This document shows positions 28,501 to 45,159 of a stretch of 64,000 bases of DNA, piece by piece. The stretch lies in contig OZ024740.1 of assembly GCA_964016885.1 (NCBI GenBank), positions 316,448,001 to 316,512,000 of the forward strand, in the 5' to 3' direction. Each line of letters opens with the position of its first letter. Within the stretch, counting starts at the first letter, position 1. Both the position numbers and the translations under genes were made by a program. The notes under the pieces are model-generated. The model ran no database searches. It saw only the letters and a program-made list of their open reading frames with translations, and was not told where the DNA came from. This DNA is from Eledone cirrhosa (lineage: Eukaryota).

Positions 28501-31500
28501 CTGCCATCATATATAGAACTATATTAAACTGTTAGACACTACTACCATCATATATAGAACTATATTAAACTATTGGACACTACTACCATCATATATAGAA
28601 CTATATTAAAGTATGGGACACTACTACCATCATATATAGAACTATACTAAACTATTGGACGCCACTAGCATCATATATAAAACTATATAATACTATTTTC
28701 CCACCTCTTTCTGTTTCAACCAACCATAACTGGCCACTCATACTGATTAAGTTATGGTTCTCAAAATAAATAATATTAAAACCTCATAGATTCGATATTA
28801 TGTCACGTAAAGCCTTTATCATGAAAATATAATTGTAAATATGAAGTAATGTAAATACTAAAGTTTAAACTGTATTGAAACAACTACCATCATATATTAA
28901 ACTGTTGGACACTACGGCCATCATATATAGAACTATATTAAATTATTGGACACTACTACCATCATAGATAGAACTATATTAAACTATTGGACACTACTAC
29001 CATCATATATTGAGCTATATTAAAATATTGAACACTACTACCATCATATATAGAACTATATTAAACTGTTGGACACTACTACCATCATATATAGAACTAT
29101 ATTAAATTATTGGAACCTACTACCATCATATATAGAACTATATTAAACTATTGGAGATTACTACCATCATATATAGAACTATATTAAACTATTGGACACT
29201 ACTACCATCATATATAGAACTATATTAAACTATTGGACACTACTACCATCATATATAGAACCATATTAAACTATTGGACAATGCTATCATCATATATAGA
29301 ACTATATTAAACTGTTGGACACTACTACCATCATATATAGAACTATATTAAACTATTGTACACTACTACCATCATATATAGAACTATATTAAACTATTGG
29401 ACACTACTACCATCATATATAGAACTATATTAAACTATTGGAGATTACTACCATCATATATAGAACTATATTAAACTATTGGACACTACTACCATCATAT
29501 ATAGAACCATATTAAACTATTCGACACTACTACCATCATATATAGAATCATATTAAACTATTGGACACTACTACCATCATATATAGAACTATATTAAACT
29601 ATTCGACACTACTACCATCATATATAGAATCATATTAAACTATTGGACACTACTACCATCATATATAGAACTATATTAAACTATTGGACACTACTACCAT
29701 CATATATAGAACTATATTAAACTATTGGACACTACTACCATCATATATAGAACTATATTAAACTATTGGACACTACTACCATCATATATAGAACTATATT
29801 AAACTATTGGACACTACTACCATCATATATAGAATTATATTAAACTATTGGACACTACTACCATCATATATAGAACTATATTAAACATTTGGACACTACT
29901 ACCATCATATATAAAACTATATTAAACTATTTTCCCACCTCTTTCTGTTTAAACCAACCATAACTGGCCACTCATACTGATTAATTTATGGTTCTCAAAA
30001 TAAATAATATCAAAATCTCATAGATTCGATAATATGTTAGGTAAAGCCTTTATCATGAAAATATAATATTAAATATAAAGTAATGTAAATACTAAAGTTT
30101 AAACTGTATTGAAACAACTACCATCATATATTAAACTGTTGGACACTACGGCCATCATATATAGAACTATATTAAACTATTGGACACTACTACCATCATA
30201 TATAGAACGATATTAAACTGTTGGACACTGCTACCATCATATATAGAACTATATTAAACTATTGGACAGTGCTACCATCATATATAGAACTATATTAAAC
30301 TGTTGGACACTACTACCATCATATATAGAACTATATTAAACTATTGGACACTACTACCATCATATATAGAACTATATTAAACTATTGGACACTACTACCA
30401 TCATATATAGAACTATATTAAACTATTGGACACTACTACCATCATATATAGAACCATATTAAACTATTGGACAATGCTATCATCATATATAGAACTATAT
30501 TAAACTGTTGGACACTACTACCATCATATATAGAACTATATTAAACTATTGTACACTACTACCATCATATATAGAACTATATTAAACTATTGGACACTAC
30601 TACCATCATATATAGAACTATATTAAACTATTGGAGATTACTACCATCATATATAGAACTATATTAAACTATTGGACACTACTACCATCATATATAGAAC
30701 CATATTAAACTATTCGACACTACTACCATCATATATAGAATCATATTAAACTATTGGACACTACTACCATCATATATAGAACTATATTAAACTATTCGAC
30801 ACTACTACCATCATATATAGAATCATATTAAACTATTGGACACTACTACCATCATATATAGAACTATATTAAACTATTGGACACTACTACCATCATATAT
30901 AGAACTATATTAAACTATTGGACACTACTACCATCATATATAGAACTATATTAAACTATTGGACACTACTACCATCATATATAGAACTATATTAAACTAT
31001 TGGACACTACTACCATCATATATAGAATTATATTAAACTATTGGACACTACTACCATCATATATAGAACTATATTAAACATTTGGACACTACTACCATCA
31101 TATATAGAACTATATTAAACTATTGGACACTACTACCATCATATATAGAACTATATTAAACTGTTGGACACTGCTATCATCATATATAGAACTATATTAA
31201 AGTGTTGGACACTACTACCATCATATATAGAACTATATTAAACTATTGGACACTACTCCCATCATATATAGAACTATAGTAAACTATTGGAAACTACTAC
31301 CATCATCTATAGAACTATATTAAACTATTGGACACTACTACCATCTTATATAGAACTACATTAAACTATTGGACACTACTACCATCATATATAGAACTAT
31401 ATTAAACTATTGGACACTACTACCATCATATATAAAACTATATTAAACTATTTTCCCACCTCTTTCTGTTTAAACCAACCATAACTGGCCACTCATACTG

Positions 31501-34500
31501 ATTAATTTATGGTTCTCAAAATAAATAATATCAAAATCTCATAGATTCGATAATATGTTAGGTAAAGCCTTTATCATGAAAATATAATATTAAATATAAA
31601 GTAATGTAAATACTAAAGTTTAAACTGTATTGAAACAACTACCATCATATATTAAACTGTTGGACACTACGGCCATCATATATAGAACTATATTAAACTA
31701 TTGGACACTACTACCATCATATATAGAACTATATTAAACTGTTGGACACTGCTACCATCATATATAGAACTATATTAAACTATTGGACAGTGCTACCATC
31801 ATATATAGAACTATATTAAACTGTTGGACACTACTACCATCATATATAGAACTATATTAAACTATTGGACACTACTACCATCATATATAGAACTATATAA
31901 AACTGTTGGACACTACTACCATCATATATAGAACTATATTAAACTGTTGGAAACTACTACCATCATATATAGAACTATATTAAACTATTGGACACTACTA
32001 CCATCATATATAGAACTACATTAAACTATTGGACACTACTACCATCATATATAGAACTATATTAAACTATTGGACACTACTACCATCATATATAGAACTA
32101 TATTAAACTATTGGACACTACTACCATCATATATAGAACTATATTAAAGTATGGGACGCTACTACCATCATATATAGAACTATACTAAACTATTGGACGC
32201 CACTAGCATCATATATAAAACTATATAGAACTATTTTCCCACCTCTTTCTGTTTCAACCGACCATAACTGGCCACTCATACTGATTAAGTTATGGTTCTC
32301 AAAATAAATAATATCAAAATCTCATAGATTCGATATTATGTCAGGTAAAGCCTTTATCATGAAAATATAATTGTAAATATGCAGTAATGTAAATACTAAA
32401 GTCTAAACTGTATTGAAACAACTACCATCATATATTAAACTGTTGGACACTACGGCCATCATATATAGAACTATATTAAATTATTGGACACTACTACCAT
32501 CATATATAGAACTATATTAAACTATTGGACACTACTACCATCATATATTGAGCTATATTAAAATATTGAACACTACTACCATCATATATAGAACTATATT
32601 AAAATGTTGGACACTGCTACCATCATATATAGAACTATATTAAACTGTTGGACACTACTACCCTCATATATGGAACTATATTAAACTGTTAGACACTACT
32701 ACCATCATATATAGAACTATATTAAATTATTGGAAACTACTACCATCATCTATAGAACTATATTAAACTATTCGACATTGCTACCATCATATATAGAAGT
32801 ATATTAAACTGTTGGACACTAGTACCATCATATATAGAACTATATTAAACTATTAGACACTACTATCATCATATATAGAACTATATTAAACTATTGGACA
32901 CTACTACCATCATATATAGAACCATATTAAACTATTGGACACTACTACCATCATATATAGAACTATATTAAACTATTGGACACTACTACCATCATATATA
33001 GAACCATATTAAACTATTGGACACTACTACCATCATATATAGAACTATATTAAACTATTGGAGACTACTACCATCATATATAGAATCATATTAAACTATT
33101 GGACACAACTACCATCATATATAGAACTATATTAAACTATTCGACACTACTACCATCATATATAGAATCTTATTAAACTATTGGACACTACTACCATCAT
33201 ATATAGAACTATGTTAAACTATTGGACACTACTACCATCATATATAGAACTATATTAAACTATTGGACACTACTACCATCATATATAGAACTATATTAAA
33301 CTTTTGTACACTACTACCATCATATATAGAACTATATTAAACTATTGGACACTACTACCATCATATATAGAACTATATTAAACTTTTGGTCACTACTACC
33401 ATCATATATAGAACTATATTAAACTATTGGACACTACTACCATCATATATATAACTATTTTAAACTATTGGACACTACTACCATCATATATAGAACTATA
33501 TTAAACTATTGGACACTACTACCATCATATATAGAACTATATTAAACTTTTGGACACTACTACCATCATATATAGAACTATATTAAACTATTGGACACTA
33601 CTACCATCATATATAGAACTATATTAAACTGTTGGACACTGCTATCATCATATATAGAACTATATTAAATTGTTGGACACTACTACCATCATATATAGAA
33701 CTATATTAAACTATTGGACACTACTACCATCATATATAGAACTATAGTAAACTATTGGAAACTACTACCATCATCTATAGAAGTATATTAAACTATTGGA
33801 CACTACTACCATCATATATAGAACTATATTAAACTATTGGACACTACTACCATCATATATAGAACCATATTAAACTATTGGACACTACTACCATCATATA
33901 TAGAACTATATTAAACTATTGGACACTACTACCATCATATATAAAACTATATTAAACTATTTTCCCTACTCTTTCTGTTTCAACCAACCATAACTGGCCA
34001 CTCATACTGATTAATTTATGGTTCTCAAAATAAATAATATCAAAATCTCATAGATTCGATATTACGTCAGGTAAAGCCTTAATCATGAAAATATAATAGT
34101 AAATATAAAGTAATGTAAATACTAAAGTTTAAACTGTATTGAAACAACTACCATCATATATTAAACTGTTGGACACTACGGCCATCATATATAGAACTAT
34201 ATTTAATTATTGGACACTACTACCATCATATATAGAACTATATTAAACTATTGGACACTACTACCATCATATATAGAACTATATTAAAATATTGGACACT
34301 ACTACCATCATATATAGAACTATATTAAACTGTTGGACACTGCTACCATCATATATAGAACTATATTAAACTGTTGGACAATACTACCATCATATATGGA
34401 ACTATATTAAACTATTGGACATTGCTACCATCATATATAGAACTATATTAAACTGCTGGACACTACTACCATCATATATAGAACTATATTAAACTATTGG

Positions 34501-37500
34501 AGACTACTACCATCATATATAGAACTATATTAAACTATTGGACACTACTACCATAATATATAGAACTATATTAAACTGTTGGAAACTACTACCATCATAT
34601 ATAGAACTATTTTAAAATATTGGACACTACTACCATCATATTTAGAACTATATTTAACCGTTGGACACTGCTACCATCATATATAGAACTATATTAAACA
34701 ATTGGACACTACTACCATCATATATAGAACATTATTAAACTATTGGACACTACTACCATCATATATAGAAGCATATTAAACTATTGGACACTACTACCAT
34801 CATATATAGAACTATATTAAACTATTGGACACTACTACCATCATATATAGAACTATTGGACACTACTACCATCATATATAGAACTATATTAAACTATTGG
34901 ACACTACTGCCATCATATATAGAACTATATTAAACTATTGGAGATTGATATCATCATATATAGAACTATATTAAACTATTTTCTCCCCACTTTCTGTTTC
35001 AACCAACCATAACTGGCCACTCATACTGATTAAGGTATGGTTCTCAAAGTAAATAATATCAAAATCTCATAGATTCGATAATATGTTAGGTAAAGCCTTT
35101 ATCATGAAAATATAATAGTAAATATAAAGTAATGTAAATACTAAAGTTTAAACTGTATTGAAACAACTACCATCATATATTAAACTGTTGGACACTACTA
35201 CCATCATATATAGAACTATATTAAACTATTCGACACTACTACCATCATATATAGAATCATATTAAACTATTGGACACTACTACCATCATATATAGAACTA
35301 TATTAAACTATTCGACACTACTACCATCATATATAGAATCATATTAAACTATTGGACACTACTACCATCATATATAGAACTATATTAAACTATTGGACAC
35401 TACTACCATCATATATAGAACTATATTAAACTATTGGACACTACTACCATCATATATAGAACTATATTAAACTTTTGGACACTACTACCATCATATATAG
35501 AACTATATTAAACTATGGGACACTACTACCATCATATATAGAACTATATTAAACTATTGGACACTACTACCATCATATATAGAACTATATTAAACTTTTG
35601 GACACTACTACCATCATATATAGAACTATATTAAACTATTGGACACTACTACCATCATATATAGAACTATATTAAACTGTTGGACACTGCTATCATCATA
35701 TATAGAACTATATTAAACTGTTGGACACTACTACCATCATATATAGAACTATATTAAACTTTTGGACACTACTACCATCATATATAGAACTATATTAAAC
35801 TATTGGACACTACTACCATCATATATAGAACTATATTAAACTATTGGACACTACTACCATCATATATAGAACTATATTAAAGTATTGGACACTACTACCA
35901 TCATATAAAGAACTATATTAAACTTTTGGACACTACTACCATCATATATAGAACTATATTAAACTATTGGACACTACTACCATCATATATAGAACTATAT
36001 TAGACTATTGGACACTACTACCATCATATATAGAACTATATTAAACTATTGGACACTACTACCATCATATATAGAACTATATTAAACTTTTGGACACTAC
36101 TACCACCATATATAGAACTATATTAAACTATTGGACACTTCTACCATCATATATAGAACTATATTAAACTGTTGGACACTGCTATCATCATATATAGAAC
36201 TATATTAAACTGTTGGACACTACTACCATCATATATAGAACTATATTAAACTATTGGACACTACTACCATCATATATAGAACTATATTAAACTATTGGAA
36301 ACTACTACCATCATCTATAGAACTATATTAAACTATTGGACACTACTACCATCATATATAGAACTATATTAAACTGTTGGACACTACTACCATCATATAT
36401 AGAACCATATTAAACTATTGGACACTACTACCATCATATATAGAACTATATTAAACTATTGGACACTACTACCATCATATATAAAACTATATTAAACTAT
36501 TTTCCCACCTCTTTCTGTTTCAACCAACCATAACTGGCCACTCATACTGATTAATTTATGGTTCTCAAAATAAATATTATCAAATTCTCATAGATTCGAT
36601 ATTACGTCAGGTAAAGCCTTTATCATGAAAATATAATAGTAAATATAAAGTAACGTAAATACTAAAGTTTAAACTGTATTGAAACAACTACCATCATATA
36701 TTAAACTGTTGGACACTACGGCCATCATATATAGAACTATATTAAATTATTGGACACTACTACCATCATATATAGAACTATATTAAATTATTGGACACTA
36801 CTACCATCATATATAGAACTATATTAAACTATTGGATACTACTACTATCATATATAGAACTATATTAAACTGTTGGACACTGCTACCATCATATATAGAA
36901 CTATATTAAACTGTTGGACATTACTACCATCATATATGGAACTATATTAAACTATTGGACAGTGCTACCATCATATATAGAACTATATTAAACTGTTGGA
37001 CACTACTACCATAATATATAGAACTATATTAAACTGTTGGAAACTACTACCATCATATATAGAACTATTTTAAAATATTGGACACTACTACCATCATATA
37101 TAGAACTATATTAAACCGTTGGACACCGCTACCATCATATATAGAACTATATTAAACTATTGGACACTACTACCATCATATATAGAACTATATTAAACTA
37201 TTGGACACTACTACCATCATATATAGAACCATATTAAACTATTGGACACTACTACCATCATATATAGAACTATATTAAACTATTGGACACTACTACCATC
37301 ATATATAGAACTACATTAAACTATTGGACACTACTGCCATCATATATAGAACTATATTAAACTCTTAGACACTACTACCATCATATATAGAACTATATTA
37401 AACTATTGGACACTACTACCATCATATATAGAACTATATTAAAGTATGGGACACTACTACCATCATATATAGAACTATACTAAACTATTGGACGCCACTA

Positions 37501-38264
37501 GCATCATATATAAAACTATATAAAACTATTTTCCCACCTCTTTCTGTTTCAACCGACCATAACTGGCCACTCATACTGATTAAGTTATGGTTCTCAAAAT
37601 AAAAAATATCAAAATCTCATAGATTCGATATTATGTCAGGTAAAGCCTTTATCATGAAAATATAATTGTAAATATGAAGTGACGTAAATACTAACGTTTA
37701 AACTGTATTGAAACAACTACCATCATATATTAAACTGTTGGACACTACGGCCATCATATATAGAACTATATTAAATTATTGGACACTACTACCATCATAT
37801 ATAGAACTATATTAAACTATTGGACACTACTACCATCATATATTGAGCTATATTAAAATATTGAACACTGCTATCATCATATATAGAACTATATTAAACT
37901 GTTGGACACTACTACCATCATATATAGAACCATATTAAACTATTGGACACTACTACCATCATATATAGAACTATATTAAACTATTGGAGACCACTACCAT
38001 CATATATAGAACTATATTAAACTATTGGACACTACAACCATCATATATAGAACCATATTAAACTATTCGACAATACTACCATAATATATAGAATCATATT
38101 AAACTATTGGACACTACTACCATCATATATAGAACTATATTAAACTATTCGACACTACTACCATCATTTATAGAATCATATTAAACTATTGGACACTACT
38201 ACCATCATATATAGAAATATATTAAACTATGGGACACTACTACCATCATATATAGAACTATATT

Positions 38265-39010
38265 AAACTTTTGGACACTACTACCATCATATATAGAACT
38301 ATATTAAACTATTGGACACTACTACCATCATATATATAACTATTTTAAACTATTGGACACTACTACCATCATATATAGAACTATATTAAACTATTGGACA
38401 CTACTACCATCATATATAGAACTATATTAATCTATTGGACACTACTACCATCATATATAGAACTATATTAAACTTTTGGACACTACTACCATCATATATA
38501 GAACTATATTAAACTATTGGACACTACTACCATCATATATATAACTATCTTAAACTATTGGACACTACTACCATCATATATAGAACTATATTAAACTATT
38601 GGACACTACTACCATCATATATAGAACTATATTTATCTATTGGACACTACTACCATCATATATAGAACTATATTAAACTTTTGGACACTACTACCATCAT
38701 ATATAGAACTATATTAAACTATTGGACACTACTACCATCATATATATAACTATTTTAAACTATTGGACACTACTACCATCATATATAGAACTATATTAAA
38801 CTATTGGACACTACTACCATCATATATAGAACTATATTAAACTATTGGACACTACTACCATCATATATAGAACTATATTAATCTATTGGACGCTACTACC
38901 ATCATATATAGAACTATATTAAACTTTTGGACACTACTACCATCATATATAGAACTATATTAAACTATTGGACACTACTACCATCATATATATAACTATT
39001 TTAAACTATT
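38265..39010. repeat. Local 5-monomer (205-bp) higher-order repeat
   Basis: The CTTTTGG variant occurs at 38268, 38473, 38678 (+205 each) and 38924 (+246), each accompanied by TATATAACTAT(T/C)TT and (except the first) TCTATTGG variants. Confidence 0.85.
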
Positions 39011-42000
39011 GGACACTACTACCATCATATATAGAACTATATTAAACTATTGGACACTACTACCATCATATATATAACTATATTAAACTATTGGACACTA
39101 CTACCATCATATATAGAACTATATTAAACTGTTGGACACTGCTACCATCATATATAGAACTATATTAAACCGTTGGACACTGCTACCATCATATATAGAA
39201 CTATATTAAACTATTGGACACTACTACCATAATATATAGAACTATATTAAACTATTGGACACTACTACCATCATATATAGAAACATATTAAACTATTGGA
39301 CACTACTACCATCATATATAGAACTATATTAAACTATTGGACACTACTACCATCATATATAGAACTATTGGACACTACTACCATCATATATAGAACTATT
39401 GGACACTACTACCATCATATATAGAACTATATTAAACTATTGGACACTTCTGCCATCATATATAGAACTATATTAAACTATTGGAGATTGCTATCATCAT
39501 ATATAGAACTATATTAAACTATTTTCTCCCCACTTTCTGTTTCAACCAACCATAACTGGCCACTCATACTGATTAAGGTATGGTTCTCAAAGTAAATAAT
39601 ATCAAAATCTCATAGATTCGATATGTTAGGTAAAGCCTTTATCATGAAAATATAATAGTAAATATAAAGTAATGTAAATACTAAAGTTTAAACTGTATTG
39701 AAACAACTACCATCATATATTAAACTGTTGGACACTACTACCATCATATATAGAACTATATTAAACTATTCGACACTACTACCATCATATATAGAATCAT
39801 ATTAAACTATTGGACAGTACTACCATCATATATAGAACTATATTAAACTATTCGACACTACTACCATCATATATAGAATCATATTAAACTATTGGACACT
39901 ACTACCATCATATATAGAACTATATTAAACTATTGGACACTACTACCATCATATATAGAACTATATTAAACTATTGGACACTACTACCATCATATATAGA
40001 ACTATATTAAACTTTTGGACACTACTACCATCATATATAGAACTATATTAAACTACGGGACACTACTACCATCATATATAGAACTATATTAAACTGTTGG
40101 ACACTGCTATCATCATATATAGAACTATATTAAACTATTGGACACTACTACCATCATATATAGAACTATATTAAACTTTTGGACACTACTACCATCATAT
40201 ATAGAACTATATTAAACTATTGGACACTACTACCATCATATATAGAACTATATTAAACTGTTGGACACTGCTATCATCATATATAGAACTATATTAAACT
40301 ATTGGACACTACTACCATCATATATAGAACTATATTAAACTATTGGACACTACTACCATCATATATAGAACTATATTAAACTTTTGGACACTACTACCAT
40401 CATATATAGAACTATATTAAACTATTGGACACTACTACCATCATATATAGAACTATATTAAACTATTGGACACTACTACCATCATATATAGAACTATATT
40501 AAACTGTTGGACACTGCTATCATCATATATAGAACTATATTAAACTATTGGACACTACTACCATCATATATAGAACTATATTAAACTATTGGACACTACT
40601 ACCATCATATATAGAACTATATTAAACTATTGGACACTACTACCATCATATATATAACTATATTAAACTATTGGAAACTACTACCATCATCTATAGAACT
40701 ATATTAAACTATTGGACACTACTACCATCATATATAGAACTATATTAAACTGTTGGACATAACTACCATCATATATAGAACCATATTAAACTATTGGACA
40801 CTACTACCATCATATATAGAACTATATTAAACTATTGGACACTACTACCATCATATATAAAACTATATTAAACTATTTTCCCACCTCTTTCTGTTTCAAC
40901 CAACCATAACTGGCCACTCATAATAAGTAAGGTATGGTTCTCAAAATAAATAATATCAAAATCTCATAGATTCGATATTACGTCAGGTAAAGCCTTTATC
41001 ATGAAAATATAATAGTAAATATAAAGTAATGTAAATACTAAAGTTTAAACTGTATTGAAACAACTACCATCATATATTAAACTGTTGGACACTACGGCCA
41101 TCATATATAGAACTATATTAAATTATTGGACACTACTACCATCATATATAGAATCATATTAAACTATTGGACACTACTACCATCATATATAGAACTATAT
41201 TAAACTATTCGACACTACTACCATCATATATAGAATCATATTAAACTATTGGACACTACTACCATCATATATAGAACTATATTAAACTATTGGACACTAC
41301 TACCATCATATATAGAACTATATTAAACTATTGGACACTACTACCATCATATATAGAACTATATTAAACTTTTGGACACTACTACCATCATATATAGAAC
41401 TATATTAAACTATGGGACACTACTACCATCATATATAGAACTATATTAAACTGTTGGACACTGCTATCATCATATATAGAACTATATTAAACTATTGGAC
41501 ACTACTACCATCATATATAGAACTATATTAAACTATTGGACACTACTACCATCATATATAGAACTATATTAAACTTTTGGACACTACTACCATCATATAT
41601 AGAACTATATTAAACTATTGGACACTACTACCATCATATATAGAACTATATTAAACTGTTGGACACTGCTATCATCATATATAGAACTATATTAAACTAT
41701 TGGACACTACTACCATCATATATAGAACTATATTAAACTATTGGACACTACTACCATCATATATAGAACTATATTAAACTTTTGGACACTACTACCATCA
41801 TATATAGAACTATATTAAACTATTGGACACTACTACCATCATATATAGAACTATATTAAACTATTGGACACTACTACCATCATATATAGAACTATATTAA
41901 ACTGTTGGACACTGCTATCATCATATATAGAACTATATTAAACTATTGGACACTACTACCATCATATATAGAACTATATTAAACTATTGGACACTACTAC

Positions 42001-45000
42001 CATCATATATAGAACTATATTAAACTATTGGACACTACTACCATCATATATATAACTATATTAAACTATTGGAAACTACTACCATCATCTATAGAACTAT
42101 ATTAAACTATTGGACACTACTACCATCATATATAGAACTATATTAAACTGTTGGACATAACTACCATCATATATAGAACCATATTAAACTATTGGACACT
42201 ACTACCATCATATATAGAACTATATTAAACTATTGGACACTACTACCATCATATATAAAACTATATTAAACTATTTTCCCACCTCTTTCTGTTTCAACCA
42301 ACCATAACTGGCCACTCATAATAAGTAAGGTATGGTTCTCAAAATAAATAATATCAAAATCTCATAGATTCGATATTACGTCAGGTAAAGCCTTTATCAT
42401 GAAAATATAATAGTAAATATAAAGTAATGTAAATACTAAAGTTTAAACTGTATTGAAACAACTACCATCATATATTAAACTGTTGGACACTACGGCCATC
42501 ATATATAGAACTATATTAAATTATTGGACACTACTACCATCATATATAAAACTATATTAAACTATTGGACACTACTACCATCATATATAGAACTATATTA
42601 AAATATTGGACACTACTACTATCATATATAGAACTATATTAAACTGTTGGACACTGCTACCATCATATATAGAACTATATTAAACTGTTGGACACTACTA
42701 CCATCATATATGGAACTATATTAAACTATTGGACAGTGCTACCATCATATATAGAACTATATTAAACTGTAGGACACTACTACCATCATATATAGAACTA
42801 TATTAAACTATTGGAGACTACTACCATCATATATAGAACTATATTAAACTATTGGACACTACTACCATAATATATAGAACTATATTAAACTGTTGGAAAC
42901 TACTACCATCATATATAGAACTATTTTAAAATATTGGACACTACTACCATCATATATAGAACTATATTAAACCGTTGGACACCGCTACCATCATATATAG
43001 AACTATATTAAACTATTGGACACTACTACCATCATATATAGAACTATATTAAACTATTGGACACTACTACCATCATATATAGAACCATATTAAACTATTG
43101 GACACTACTACCATCATATATAGAACTATATTACACTATTGGACACTACTACCATCATATATAGAACTACATTAAACTATTGGACACTACTGCCATCATA
43201 TATAGAACTATATTAAACTCTTAGACACTACTACCATCATATATAGAACTATATTAAACTATTGGACACTACTACCATCATATATAGAACTATATTAAAG
43301 TATGGGACACTACTACCATCATATATAGAACTATACTAAACTATTGGACGCCACTAGCATCATATATAAAACTATATAAAACTATTTTCCCCCTTCTTTC
43401 TGTTTCAACCAACCATAACTGGCCACTCATACTGATTAAGTTATGGTTCTCAAAATAAAAAATATCAAAATCTCATAGATTCGATATTATGTCAGGTAAA
43501 GCCTTTATCATGAAAATATAATTATAAATATGAAGTAACGTAAATAATAAAGTTTAAACTGTATTGAAACAACTACCATCATATATTAAACTGTTGGACA
43601 CTACGGCCATCATATATAGAACTATATTAAATTATTGGACACTACTACCATCATATATAAAACTATATTAAACTATTGGACACTACTACCATCATATATA
43701 GAACTATATTAAAATATTGGACACTACTACTATCATATATAGAACTATATTAAACTGTTGGACACTGCTACCATCATATATAGAACTATATTAAACTGTT
43801 GGACACTACTACCATCATATATGGAACTATATTAAACTATTGGACAGTGCTACCATGATATATAGAACTATATTAAAATGTTGGACACTGCTACCATCAT
43901 ATATAGAACTATATTAAACTGTTGGACACTACTACCATCATATATGGAATTATATTAAACTATTGGACACTACTACCATCATATATAGAACTATATTAAA
44001 TTATTGGAAACTACTACCATCATCTATAGAACTATATTATATTATTCGACACTACTACCATCATATATAGAACTATATTAAACTGTTGGACACTACTACC
44101 ATCATATATAGAACTATATTAAACTATTGGACACTACTACCATCATATATAGAACTATATTAAACTTTTGTACACTACTACCATCATATATAGAACTATA
44201 TTAAACTATTGGACACTACTACCATCATATATAGAACTATATTAAACTATTGGACACTACTACCATCATATATAGAACTATATTAAACATTTGGACACTA
44301 CTACCATCATATATAGAACTATATTAAACTATTGGACACTACTACCATCATATATAGAACTATTTTAAACTATTGGACACTACTACCATCATATATAGAA
44401 CTATATTAAACTATTGGACACTACTACCATCATATATAGAACTATATTAAACTTTTGGACACTACTACCATCATATATAGAACTATATTAAACTATTGGA
44501 CACTACTACCATCATATATAGAACTATTTTAAACTATTGGACACTACTACCATCATATATAGAACTATATTAAACTATTGGACACTACTACCATCATATA
44601 TAGAACTATATTAAACTTTTGGACACTACTACCATCATATATAGAACTATATGAAACTATTGGACACTACTACCATCATATATAGAACTATATTAAACTG
44701 TTGGACACTGCTATCATCATATATAGAACTATATTACATTGTTGGACACTACTACCATCATATATATAACTATTTTAAACTATTGGACACTACTACCATC
44801 ATATATAGAACTATATTAAACTATTGGACACTACTACCATCATATATAGAACTATATTAAACTATTGGACACTACTACCATCATATATAGAACTATATTA
44901 AACTTTTGGACACTACTACCATCATATATAGAACTATATTAAACTATTGGACACTACTACCATCATATATAGAACTATATTAAACTATTGGACACTACTA

Positions 45001-45159
45001 CCATCATATATAGAACTATATTAAACTGTTGGACACTGCTATCATCATATATAGAACTATATTAAACTATTGGACACTACTACCATCATATATAGAACTA
45101 TATTAAACTATTGGACACTACTACCATCATATATAGAACTATATTAAACTATTGGACAC

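Noticed and set aside
44651-44860. Supplied 69-aa ORF (MKLLDTTTIIY...)
   Set aside because: It is just the monomer read through three frames. A point variant creates the ATG and two others remove the usual TAA and TAG stops, which is expected by chance among more than a thousand monomers.
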